Below are positions 50,042 to 61,600 of a stretch of DNA of 64,000 nucleotides, piece after piece. Source of the DNA: Isurus oxyrinchus (Eukaryota); NCBI GenBank assembly GCA_026770705.1, contig JANJGN010000034.1, positions 4,030,001-4,094,000 of the forward strand, written 5' to 3'. Position 1 is the stretch's first letter. Every line of letters starts with the position of its first letter. The position numbers and the translations under genes are program-made. Under the pieces are notes generated by a model. That model was not told the DNA's origin, did no database searches, and saw nothing but the letters and a program-made list of their open reading frames with translations.

Positions 50042-51178
50042 TCACGACCTAAAGTTATTGAATTCAATATTCAGACCGGAAGGCTGTAAGGTGCCTAGTC
50101 GGAAGATGAGGTGTTGTTCCTCCAGTTTGCGTTGGGCTTCACTGGAATAATGCAGTAAGCCAAGGACAGACATGTGGGCAAGAGAGCACGGTGGAGTGTT
50201 AAAATGGCAAGCGACAGGGAGGTTTGGGTCATTCTTGCGGACAGACCGCAGGTGTTCTGCAAAGCGGTCGCCCAGTTTACGTTTGGTCTCTCCAATGTAG
50301 AGGAGACCACATTGGGAGCAACGAATGCAGTAGACTAAGTTGGGGGAAATGCAAGTGAAATGCTGCTTCACTTGAAAGGAGTGTTTGGGCCCTTGGACGG
50401 TGAGGAGAGAGGAAGTGAAGGGGCAGGTGTTACATCTTTTGCGTGGGCATGGGGTGGTGCCATAGGAGGGGGTTGAGGACTAGGGGGTGATGGAGGAGTG
50501 GACCAGGGTGTCCCGGAGGGAGCGATCCCTACGGAATGCCGATAAGGGGGGTGAAGGGAAGATGTGTTTGGTGGTGGCATCATGCTGGAGTTGGCGGAAA
50601 TGGCGAAGGATGATCCTTTGAATGCGGAGGCTGGTGGGGTGATAAGTGAGGACAAGGGGGACCCTATCATGTTTCTGGGAGGGAGGAGAAGGCGTGAGGG
50701 CGGATGCGCGGGAGATGGGCCGGACACGGTTGAGGGCCCTGTCAACGACCATCGGTGGAAAACCTCGGTTAAGGAAGAAGGAGGACATGTCAGAGGAACC
50801 GTTTTTGAAGGTAGCATCATCGGAACAGATGCGACGAAGGCGAAGGAACTGGGAGAATGGGATGGAGTCCTTACAGGAAGCGGGGTGTGAGGAGCTGTAG
50901 TCGAGGTAGCTGTGGGAGTCGGTGGGTTTGTAATGGATATTGGTGGACAGTCTATCACCAGAGATTGAGACAGAGAGGTCAAGGAAGGGAAGGGAAGTGT
51001 CAGAGATGGACCACGTGAAAATGATGGAGGGGTGGAGATTGGAAGCAAAATTAATAAATTTTTCCAAGTCCAAACGAGAGCATGAAGCGGCACCGAAGTA
51101 ATCATCGATGTACCGGAGAAAAAGTTGTGGAAGGGGGCCGGGGTAGGACTGCAACAAGGAATGTTCCACATATCCCAT
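50042..51178 (-). pseudogene. PLE RT C-terminal half, Cys linker and GIY-YIG endonuclease, one in-frame TAG (50480-50482)
   Basis: FLRYIDDYF, LPFLDL, CPRKRCNTC, NLVYCIRCSQCGLLYIGET...EH...GLN; the two ORF-track pieces are in the same frame. Confidence 0.92.
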
Positions 51179-51209
51179 AAAGAGATATGACAGCTATGCC
51201 TGTCTCTTT

Positions 51210-52346
51210 ATGGGATATGTGGAACATTCCTTGTTGCAGTCCTACCCCGGCCCCCTTCCACAACTTTTTCTCCGGTACATCGATGATTACTTCGGTGCCG
51301 CTTCATGCTCTCGTCGGGACTTGGAAAAATTTATTAATTTTGCTTCCAATCTCCACCCCTCCATCATTTTCACGTGGTCCATCTCTGACACTTCCCTTCC
51401 CTTCCTTGACCTCTCTGTCTCAATCTCTGGTGATAGACTGTCCACCAATATCCATTACAAACCCACCGACTCCCACAGCTACCTCGACTACAGCTCCTCA
51501 CACCCCGCTTCCTGTAAGGACTCCATCCCATTCTCCCAGTTCCTTCACCTTCGTCGCATCTGTTCCGATGATGCTACCTTCAAAAACGGTTCCTCTGACA
51601 TGTCCTCCTTCTTCCTTAACCGAGGTTTTCCACCGATGGTCGTTGACAGGGCCCTCAACCGTGTCCGGCCCATCTCCCGCGCATCCGCCCTCACGCCTTC
51701 TCCTCCCTCCCAGAAACATGATAGGGTCCCCCTTGTCCTCACTTATCACCCCACCAGCCTCCGCATTCAAAGGATCATCCTCCGCCATTTCCGCCAACTC
51801 CAGCATGATGCCACCACCAAACACATCTTCCCTTCACCCACCTTATCGGCAATCCGTAGGGATCGCTCCCTCCGGGACACCCTGGTCCACTCCTCCATCA
51901 CCCCCTAGTCCTCAACCCCCTCCTATGGCACCACCCCATGCCCACGCAAAAGATGTAACACCTGCCCCTTCACTTCCTCTCTCCTCACCGTCCAAGGGCC
52001 CAAACACTCCTTTCAAGTGAAGCAGCATTTCACTTGCATTTCCCCCAACTTAGTCTACTGCATTCGTTGCTCCCAATGTGGTCTCCTCTACATTGGAGAG
52101 ACCAAACGTAAACTGGGCGACCGCTTTGCAGAACACCTGCGGTCTGTCCGCAAGAATGACCCAAACCTCCCTGTCGCTTGCCATTTTAACACTCCACCGT
52201 GCTCTCTTGCCCACATGTCTGTCCTTGGCTTACTGCATTGTTCCAGTGAAGCCCAACGCAAACTGGAGGAACAACACCTCATCTTCCGACTAGGCACCTT
52301 ACAGCCTTCCGGTCTGAATATTGAATTCAATAACTTTAGGTCGTGA
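51210..52346 (+). pseudogene. PLE RT C-terminal half, Cys linker and GIY-YIG endonuclease, one in-frame TAG (51906-51908)
   Basis: Same motifs as the left arm; 52017-51210 = 807 nt, so both ORFs share a frame. Confidence 0.92.
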
Positions 52347-52767
52347 GCTCCCTCCCCCATCCCCACCCCCTTTCTGTTTCCCCCTTTTTTCCCCCTTTTT
52401 TTCCCTATAAATTTTATAGATTTTTCTTTTCCCACCTATTTCCATTATTTTTAAATATTTTAAAATCTTTTATGCTCCCCCCACCCCCACTAGAGCTGTA
52501 CCTTGAGTGCCCTACCATCCATTCTTAATTAGCACATTCGTTTAGATAATATCACCAACTTTAATTTTAACACCTATGTGTTCTTTTGTACCATTGTCAC
52601 TGACATCTTTTGATGATCTGCTTCTATCACTGCTTGTTTGTCTACACAAGCACCTCTGTCTCTCTCTCTCTCTCCGCCCCCGCCCCCCCCCCCCCCCCCC
52701 CCCGCCCCCCCACACACACACACCTTAAACCAGCTTATATTTCAACTCTTTCTTGGACTCGAAATCA

Positions 52768-52806
52768 AGTTCTGTCGAAGGGTCATGAGGACCCGAAACG
52801 TCAACT
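52768..52806 (+). ncRNA. Minimal type-I hammerhead-like motif (right arm)
   Basis: Stem I AGTT/AACT, core CTGTCGA(A), stem II GGGTC/GACCC, then GAAACGTC with palindromic ACGT in place of helix III. Confidence 0.55.
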
Positions 52807-52864
52807 CTTTTCTTCTCTGCCGATGCTGCCAGACCTGCTGAGTTTTTCCAGGTAATTCTGTTTT

Positions 52865-52879
52865 TGCCATCTGTATCAT
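52865..52879 (+). repeat. Right 15-bp target-site duplication
   Basis: TGCCATCTGTATCAT, identical to 49501-49515. Confidence 0.95.
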
Positions 52880-52919
52880 GTCTGACATGAAAAGCACCTG
52901 TGAAATGTTGTTTACTAAA

Positions 52920-54560
52920 CAGAAAAAAAATAAACTCAGAGACCAGGAGCAGGATTCGGCCTTCGAGCCTTCTCTGCCATTCATATGATCCTGACTGATC
53001 CTCCAACTTAATAGCTTGTTCCCACTTTCTCCCCATACCGTTGGTTCCTTTCATCCCAAAAATATGTGGAACTACTCCTTGAAAGACTACAATATTTTGG
53101 TTTCAACGAATTTCTGTGGTACCGAATTCCTGATGCTCAGCACATTCTGTGTGAAGACATTTCTCTTCTTCTCTGAACTAAATGGCCAAATCCATATCTG
53201 CAGACTGTGGCACCTGCTTCTGGTCTTCCCCACCATCAGGACCTTCCTTCCTGCAATCAAACTGTCTGATCCTGTTAGAGGTTTCTACGTTTCTATGAGA
53301 CGCCCCCTCATTCTTCTGAACTATCTTGAATATAATACTAATCGACTGAATTTCTCCTGATACCTAAGTCCCGCCATCTCAGGAATCAATCGAGTAAACT
53401 TTCGCTGCACTCCCACGATAGCAAGTACATCCTTTCTCAGATAAGGAGACAAAATATGCAGGAAATATTACAGCTGTTGTCTCATCAAGCCCCTGTACAA
53501 TTGCAGAAAGACAATGCTATTCCTGTACTCGAATTATTTGTCTATGAAGGCCAACATATAATTGCCATCTTTACCGTCTCCTGAACCAGCATGCTTACGT
53601 TCAGCGATGGGTGTGCAAGGACACCCATATCTCTTTGCACATTTCCCTCTCTCAATTTATAGCCAATAAGATAATAAACTATCTTGCTGTTTTAGCTATC
53701 AAATGCATAACCTCACAGTTATCCACATTTTACTGCATCTCCCATGCATTTGCCCGCTCACTCAGTTTGTCCCGATCACACTGATGCATTTCTGCATCCT
53801 CCTCACTGCTCACCCTCCCACCTAGCCTTTTGTCATCTGCAAATGTGGAAATATTACATTTAATTCCCTTATCTAAATCATTAGTATATATTGTGAATAA
53901 CTGCCGTCTGGCACTGATCCATGCAGTAACCCATCAAAAACTGCCTGCCATTCGGATAAATATCTATTTATTCTCGCTCTTTCTTTGCAGTCTGCCGACC
54001 AGTTTTCTATGCATCTCAGTACAGTACCCCTAACCCAATGCTCTTTAGTGTTACACGCCAATCTCTTAATTGGGCCTTGGTCGAATGCCTTCTGAATGTC
54101 GATGTAAACCACATCCACTGGAACCCCCTCATCGACTCTAGCAATTACATCCTCAAAAATGTCCAGTGGATCAGTCATGCATGACTTTCCTGTCATACAT
54201 CGATGCTGACTCTGTCTGATTCTGCTGCTGTTTTCCACGTGCTCAGCTATTAATTATTTTACAATGGACTCCAGAATTTTTTCCCCACTACCGATACCAG
54301 GCCGTCTGGTCTATAATTCCCTTTTATATCTCTTCTTCCTTTTTTCTTAATCGGGGTTACATTTACTATCCTCCAATCATTAGGAGCTGTTCCAAAGTCT
54401 ATAGAATCACGGAAGATGCATCCCCTTTTTTCTACAGCCACTTCCTTAATTAGCCAGGGATGTAGATTATGAGCTCCTGGGGATTTATCGTCTTTCAAGC
54501 CCATCAATTTGACCAACACCAATTCCAAAGTAATAGTAATATCGTTCATTTCCTCCCCCT
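52920..54560 (-). mobile_element. CR1 ORF2 RT region to 3' end
   Basis: KSPGAHNLHPWLIKEVA, NDWRIVNVTPIKKKG, GNYRP, VDVVYIDIQKAFD in the ORF track. Confidence 0.92.
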
Positions 54561-54564
54561 CACG

Positions 54565-55560
54565 TTACGTTAACCCTTGAGATGTATCGCCTGCATACCT
54601 GGAATCATTCTGGTACTGATATTCATTAATAACCTTTTGCATTTTTGTAATTGGCAGAAAGTATTTTTGGCTCGATGGCAGCATTCTCTTAGTGGCGAAT
54701 GGCAGTCTAGGTGCTACTGCAATGTGGCAGCATGAAGCTGCTAACTTCATTTGTTGGTCCGAATTTTGAGATAACCTGAACTTCCAGTGGCATTTAGGCT
54801 AGATTGTGGCAGTTTCCCAGGCCAATACTGAAGGCCTTATGCTTGTACATGAGTTTGCGGGGTGAAACACCCGAAGTGATCTTATCAGGGTAACTATCAT
54901 CCTGCAGGTTGCCTTTGATGCGTAAAATTTCTGCATGAGGCTTGCAAGGTGAGCAAATGGTTTCTGGGCTATTTTATCAGGTGGCTGATATGTCTAATGA
55001 TGTAGGATGTGAAAGTGTAGGAATCCCAAAGCATATATTGACCAGCGAAGTTAGGCCTGCCCTAGACTGCCGTGGTGAATTGCCTGGCAGATTCTGAACT
55101 AAAACATCAAGGAATAGGAGTTATTTTGATTGCTCCGTTTCAATGGTGAATTTCAGCTTAGGATAGTGGCCTTTGTGAGATGACAGGAAATTGCAACATG
55201 AAGTGTGGATAGCCATGCAAGCCAACGAAGATGTTTGAGAGAGCTGGGACTCACGTGAATCCCATAGCAACCCGAGTTATTTGATCCTACATGGTGTATT
55301 TTAAACTGAACTCAAGAGCTGGAGTTACGGAGTGAATAAAAACAATAAACACTGATTTATGCAATTATGGCAGTTCAGTATGTCCATGATATCGTACTGA
55401 AACCAAAATATATATTGCGAAATTTACTGGGAAATTGGTGAAATGCCGAGCAATGTGACATTAGCAAATGGGCAGAACTGGCATTCACAAATGCGAAGCA
55501 CTTCTTCACCATGTTTGCGGAAAACTTGATGAGAACTGAATGTAGCATTTCGCCCAAGCA
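54565..55560 (-). mobile_element. Old Penelope-like element (Poseidon-type) RT/GIY-YIG relic
   Basis: LPITKMQKVINEYQYQNDSRYAGDTSQ (degenerate GIY-YIG); RT remnants paralogous to 60300-61250. Confidence 0.7.
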
Positions 55561-58124
55561 ATTGAGCTATTCATGTTGTGCATAAACGGTCACTGTTAAG
55601 ATAGGGCTTCAAGAGACATCACATTAGCTGGTCCTGGGCAGACCATGAATACATGGACATCGAAGATTGAGGATGAATGCCATTCTATCTATGAGGAGGT
55701 TGCTTTGTTATGTATATTTTCTTCAGCAATCCAAATAGTAAGAAATCTCAACTGTTCAATATCCGATGCAGGAAAATATGCGTCCAACTGATAATCAATG
55801 ATCAAGCAGGAAGTGTTCCACGTGATACAGTGCTATGGATTGTCATTATAACTGTGGACGAATTAAAAGGTACTTTATAGAAGTTTTCTTAAAAGCAGTG
55901 CATTATTCTGATAAGGGATTGTACCAAGTATAGAACTCTGGAGGCATCAGATGTTAAATTGCCTGAGAGAAGTCAACATTGGTGATACATTTGTCACGAC
56001 TGGGTGGGCAATGATGAAACTCTACCCCAATTCCGATCCAGCATTATGAAAATACGCTTAAAGAGGATGACCCATTATGTAAAGAGAGAAATTGTTTTGG
56101 TTCCTATTTCAGAGCATCGTAATATAAAATATTGTGAATTGTTTAAGCATAATAGTTTTACGATGGCAAGTGAGATAAATTGAAATTGGGCCTTAAATCC
56201 TTGAGTTCGTAGAAACATACATTTCGATTGGAAAGGGAACACCACAGTCCTTGGTGGAATTTGACACCTTGAGCTGAAATATCATTTAAATTTCGACGGA
56301 CTGAAGGTGAAGTGTTTTCTCCGGTCGGTGCAGTTCGCTCATTTGAGTGTAAAAAACACAACATTTGTGGTGTCATAACAATAAGTAATACAACTGAAGT
56401 CGGAGGCGAAATGGGAAATTGGACGATCGGCAATGACCGTGAATGCGCACATTGGGAAGACATTCAATCGTTTGTAATGGAAAAATAATATGCTGTAGCA
56501 ACTTTTGGAAAACCATTCAAAAATCCACATTTTAAATGAAAATTATGCATGGCAAGGGCTCCATGATTTAGAAAGAATGGTGGCCAGTCAAATTTCGCCA
56601 ACAAGTAGAATATTTGCTACTCTTGATGGAATTTAATAGAACATGTGAAACAGAAAACACCGGAGTGGAATCTCGACTCGAGCATAGTGTTATGCCCTTT
56701 AGCTCCTATGCCTTTCCTCCGGTATTCCAAAAACTCGAACTTCAGTATAGGGGGCGTCATACCCGAAAAACAAACAGATTCCAAGAATGCCAGATAACTC
56801 AGTATCTTGAAGACATGTATCCAGTCTATGTAGTTTCAACAGTACTTTAATTAAAACCTTAACATTGAATGAAATTTCGAAGGTAGCGGCCACAAGGACA
56901 ACTGATTCCTTGTAAAATCTTCCACTGCTAAAGTATCAAGGAAACTAGAGCAACGATTTAATAATCTGATAAAAATCCTGGATTTTCAGTGATGATTTAG
57001 GTGAATAATGCAATTAGTTTTTTTGACGTTGAAACATCAAATTGAAAGAGCTTTTTCAGATGATGCAGGAATACTTCTTCTGGTGTACGGTGACAAACAT
57101 ATATTTGAGACTCATGCAGTTTACCTTAACATAAGGGTCGTGCAGGACTATTTGCATAGATTGCCAAGTACGGTAGACAGCCATCTATTTTTGCCAACGC
57201 TGAATTACATTGACTGTCGATTCATATTATCTTGATATTAAATGTGTTTTTTTTATGTTGCAATTCGCTTTTAATTCACGTAAATGCTCTTTCAGATCGT
57301 TCTGCATTTAAAATTTTACTAAACGGGGCCAGTTATTTTCTAACTTACATTCCAATTGTTCCAAACTTGAAGTCAGTGTTTCATTTGTGGAGAACAGGAT
57401 GTGCCAACATATTTTCAAAAAATACATTTAGCATTCTTCATTATAAAGATTAGTCATAACAACACATCCAGACATCAGATCACTGACACAAATAAATGGC
57501 TAGTTGGCATTCATACCAGGCATTCATTGAACACACTCCTTGACGCAGTTATTGAAGATTCATCTTATTATGTGTACCACACCGAACAGTTGATGTTTTT
57601 GTTTACCTAGTTGGTCGCTTATATAACAGGAAACAACGCAACAGCACCCTCATCGTTCGAAAGTTTGACATATGCCAAACGCTGCTTTTGGGGAAATTGT
57701 GGTTTAACATTCATAACTACAGTGATTTAAGGGCCGATGATTCTCCACAATCTACAAACCATCTGACAAACTGTTAATGTTTACTGCCTTTGAATCCTTT
57801 TTGACTGAATTATTGTCCTCTAAGTGACAAATCATTCTGACCAATTGGATTGAATCCCTAATTGAGCATGTCAACTTGAAATGAGATGGCCTGTGATATC
57901 ACGAAAGTATATCTGAAACTTGTTCTGATATCAGGGTTATTTCGATTATTTATTCAAACGAGTGCACTGTGAACTCTCACAGAGCTGACAAAATACCAGG
58001 AAGTGACGGCATTAACTATGTGATTGCAATGCTATGCAAATGATATTGAACAGGCTGTATAGTAGATTTAGGAAAGGATGCAGGACACTCAGAAAAGAAG
58101 AAAAAAAAAACAAGAGAGAAATAG

Positions 58125-58147
58125 GGAGAGAGAGAGAGAGAGAGAGA
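58125..58147. repeat. (GA)n microsatellite
   Basis: Seen directly; another lies at ~58690-58730. Confidence 0.9.
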
Positions 58148-58919
58148 TAATTCCCTGCAGTGAAGCACTCTATTAATCATAGTTTTGGGAAACGGACGAA
58201 TTGTATCTTCAACTATAACCATGTGTTGTAAGCACACAATGCCTGCAAAAGTCAAGGTGTTAACAGCAAGGCTAACATCTACGGGGTTCCTTCTTTGGTT
58301 TTGGAGTTTACTGCAGACGTGCAGCTGCTGCTGCTGCTGTTGTGTAGCAGCTGTGATCCGCACAAATAAAGCACAAGATGGCCTAATGCCAGATGTGGGT
58401 TGATTAAAGGAGTTTGCAACCGTTCACCTAAATATGAAAAATTTTCAGAATTAGCTGAAGTTGTTGTTCGTTATGCCGGGTGATTGTTTAACAACAGGAA
58501 GAGACACACTAACAAAATATTTCAACAGAATGGCATATATCAAATGCCGCATTAGTTGAACATGATGCAACATGCATTATTAAAGTGACTACATCTCCCA
58601 GAACTGACAAAATGCCAGAAAGGTTGGGAAGCAACTTTGTGCTAGCTTTTCTATGCTAACGATTTATGATCAAGCCTTATGGTATTATTGAGAGAGAGAG
58701 AGAGACAGAGAGAGAGAGACAGAGAGGGAGACACATGTTGGAGGGGGGGGGGTGGTGGTAAGGCAGACGCATGGAGGGTGATTGAGATAGAGAGATATCA
58801 CTTTCCACCCACTTTAGAAAAAAGCGACAGATGGATGTGTTTGCCAGTGCTCGCCCATTGTTTTCTTTTTACCTAAGATTCTTCATGAAGGCTACAAATT
58901 TATAAACTCCTTGCTCTTG

Positions 58920-59530
58920 CATTCCATAGAATAAAAGAGCAGAGAGCTTATGCTGGACCTGTATAAAACGCTAGCTAGGCCACAGCTGCAGTACTGCATA
59001 CAGTCTTGGTGAACTTAAAATGGAAATAATGTGTCAGCGCGCGAGAGAGCGCGGAGGAGACTTACCTGGATGCTGCCAGGGCTGGAGGATTTGAGCTACG
59101 ACGCAGGATTCGATAGCCTGATGTTATTTTCATTGGTGCAACAGAGGTTCGGAGGGGTCCCAATCGATGTTCATAAGATAATGCAGGTAATAGATTAAGT
59201 TGGTTGGAAGGCATTTTCCCATTAGTGGAGGGGTCAATAATTATGGGTCAAGACTAAATGTAAGTGTTAAAAGGATAGGAGGGAATTGAGGACATATATT
59301 TTTCACCCTGAAGTTGGTTGGAGCCTGGAACTCACTGCCAGAAAGGATGGTTGAGTCAGACTGTGTCGTAACATTTATGTAGGTTTCAGATAGTCGATTG
59401 CTTTGACATTGACGCCAGGGCTACGGCCCAAATTCCGGAAAATGGGATTAGTATTGCGATATTGTTGTAGGCCGGCTTGAGCAAGATGGGCCGAATAGCC
59501 TGCTTTTGGATGGAAACGTCTATGAGTCCA
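58920..59530 (+). mobile_element. CR1 3' fragment
   Basis: TATAAAACGCTAGCTAGGCCACAGCTGCAGTACTGC (YKTLxRPQLxYC), GGAACTCACTGCCAGAAAGG and a CTATGAGT-type tail. Confidence 0.88.
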
Positions 59531-59989
59531 TGAGTCTATAACAACACAAGGAATTGGACCGCGAAGTTCCATGAAAGCATAGCCCCGAGTTTGTTCCTGC
59601 TGCTGATGGTGTGGGAATTTGTCATTCCCAATAAATATGGGTGGTAATAGCTTTATTTTTATTCTCTACAAGAACTGAGCATTGAAGATGAAAGGAGATG
59701 GACAGGGCATAGATTTTTTAGAAGAATTAGATATGCATAAAGACGGTTGCAGAGCAATCCCCTTCTAATTGTGCATTATTCACTTTGATGAATGACATTC
59801 AAATATCTGGAATAGTATTTGTATTCGAGGTCAACCTCAACGCGTTTCCTCATCCTAATCATTAAACATTCGATGGTACAGATCTTGAGTATTTCTGAAG
59901 TAAAAAAATAAAAATATTGCTTTTTCCTCTAACACATATCAGGCCATTCGTAAGAATATCAATGACAGGGGGGAAATTACAATTTATAG

Positions 59990-61600
59990 ATGACGTGAAA
60001 CAATGCAAGTTGGTTGGAATGTGGTTTTGCCATGGAGGATTCACCACTGATGGCGACTGATATTTAACTTCCACGATTTGCTAGAAAATTAAGCCAGGTG
60101 TATTGACCCTGATTTGTAAAGGTCTGAGGAATGAATCAGCGAATCACTCTCTCTTATTTGGTTCAGCTGAAATTGGTGCAATGAATTTCAATTTAATTTC
60201 TATCTGCAATTATGAGGGCCTTGTGTATTTATATATATGGATGCAGTGCCTCAATTTCGAACATCAGATAGGCAATGAAATTCATCTACCACCTTACTGA
60301 TTTGTAGTATTGGCAGAAATGTGGTGTGGCTTGACAGCAGCATCTTCTTAGCTGCACTGAAAAGAAACAGCGTCAAACAGCTAACTTGACCCGTTTCTTA
60401 CATTTAACTCGTATGAAAACATAAAACAGAGTTGAGCCTTTTCAGGACCGAAACTGATTGCCTTAAGCACGTTCAGGAGTTTCCGTGATATACAGCAAGA
60501 AATAATCTGATCCGTCTTATCATCATTTAGTGGGACTCCTTTAATGCTTCTTAGTTTAACTCCAAGTGTGCATGCTGAGCAAATGGTTCCTGCTCTATTT
60601 ACAAGGGTACCAATAAGACCAATCTTCTATCATGAGAAATTGTAAGAACCTCAAGTCTATATTGACGATTGAAGCTAATTTGTTAAGACAGTGTTAGAGA
60701 ATTCTGAAGCAGATTTGTCATAGGCAGATCACAGGAAAGGCTGTCATTTGAGTTCTCCAATTCAAATATGAATTTGGGCTCAAGACGGAATCCTTTAACA
60801 CGTGTAAGGAATATTTCACAGGTGTTTCCTGGTCAAAATATCGCCAACTTAAGATCTACATACCGGAAATGTGTGAGGGATGGAAAATTTAGTGCCATTC
60901 CATGGAAGACGTTTCCCATGGAATCTGACAAAGTTGTTTGCGAGCATTGGGCCCAGAGGGGATTACATGACAACACCATTTATTTGAGCATACATGGTGT
61001 CATTAAAACTGCTCTCCACAGCAACCTAAGTTGATATGTTAATGGACTACTCGTGCGAGCAATGGCTCCGGCCTTGATGGTGTAGATATAGTTCTGCAGC
61101 GCAAAAAAACTATGCCTTCCTTAAATGAGAGGATGGCTAAAAAGCTAGAAATGCCAAATAAAAAAATGGCAGGAGCATTTCCAGCGATTTTCAAATCTTC
61201 TATGGCCTTTGCAAATGTGAAAGAATCTTTCACTGTCTATGTAGAGAAAATAGTCAAAAATTGTTGCAGCACATTCATTTTGTGCACAAACCATCACTGA
61301 TAACCTGAGGCATAGAGGGGTCTGGCTTTCGAGTACCTTGGGCAGCCTACAAACACATCTTGAAAACGAACTCGAGAATGAAAGCTTTCATAGTTATCAC
61401 AGAGTAACTTAGAGAAGTCTCTTTTGGAAGCAATCCCACTGATAATTGCAAGAAATTTCTGCTCGTCAATATCCGATATAGGGAAGTATTCTTGCAACTG
61501 ACAAGCAATGGTGAAGAATGGAGATGTGGACCTAATATAGAGCTGTGGATCGTCAAAATTACTGTGGATGAAGCGACTGCTAATTCATGTAACATTTTTG
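59990..61600 (-). mobile_element. Old Penelope-like element (Poseidon-type) relic: RT, GIY-YIG, 3' UTR
   Basis: TVKDSFTFAKAI, SFNDTMYAQINGVVM*SPLGPMLAN (PLE RT motif, cf. QxxGxAMGSPLxP) and KVVDEFHC; its 3' UTR segment (~60030-60150) recurs at ~48190-48310. Confidence 0.78.

Larger units (their letters stand above)
49516..51185 (-). mobile_element. Left arm: 5'-truncated Neptune-type Penelope-like element with the longer 3' end
   Basis: Reverse complement of 51203-52864 at ~99% identity in the coding part; RT and GIY-YIG motifs. Confidence 0.95.
51191..52864 (+). mobile_element. Right arm: 5'-truncated Neptune-type PLE, 3' end 37 nt shorter than the left arm
   Basis: Begins in the RT motif (P)SYACLFMGYVE and ends GGTAATTCTGTTTT at the TSD. 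Confidence 0.95.

Noticed and set aside
51187-52020. 277-aa Pro/Ser-rich ORF (and its 267-aa mirror at 50368-51171)
   Set aside because: Alternative-frame shadow of the C-rich PLE ORF; no recognisable motifs, and the ATG of the + copy comes from the junction spacer.
49516-52864. Palindrome as a pure assembly or fold-back read artefact
   Set aside because: The 15-bp TSD, unequal 3' ends, different microsatellite lengths and scattered substitutions between arms argue that it is real, though long reads are still needed.
58016-58403. Poly-Q and poly-C ORFs
   Set aside because: Produced by a short (CTG)n tract and a (GA)n repeat; no other coding signal.
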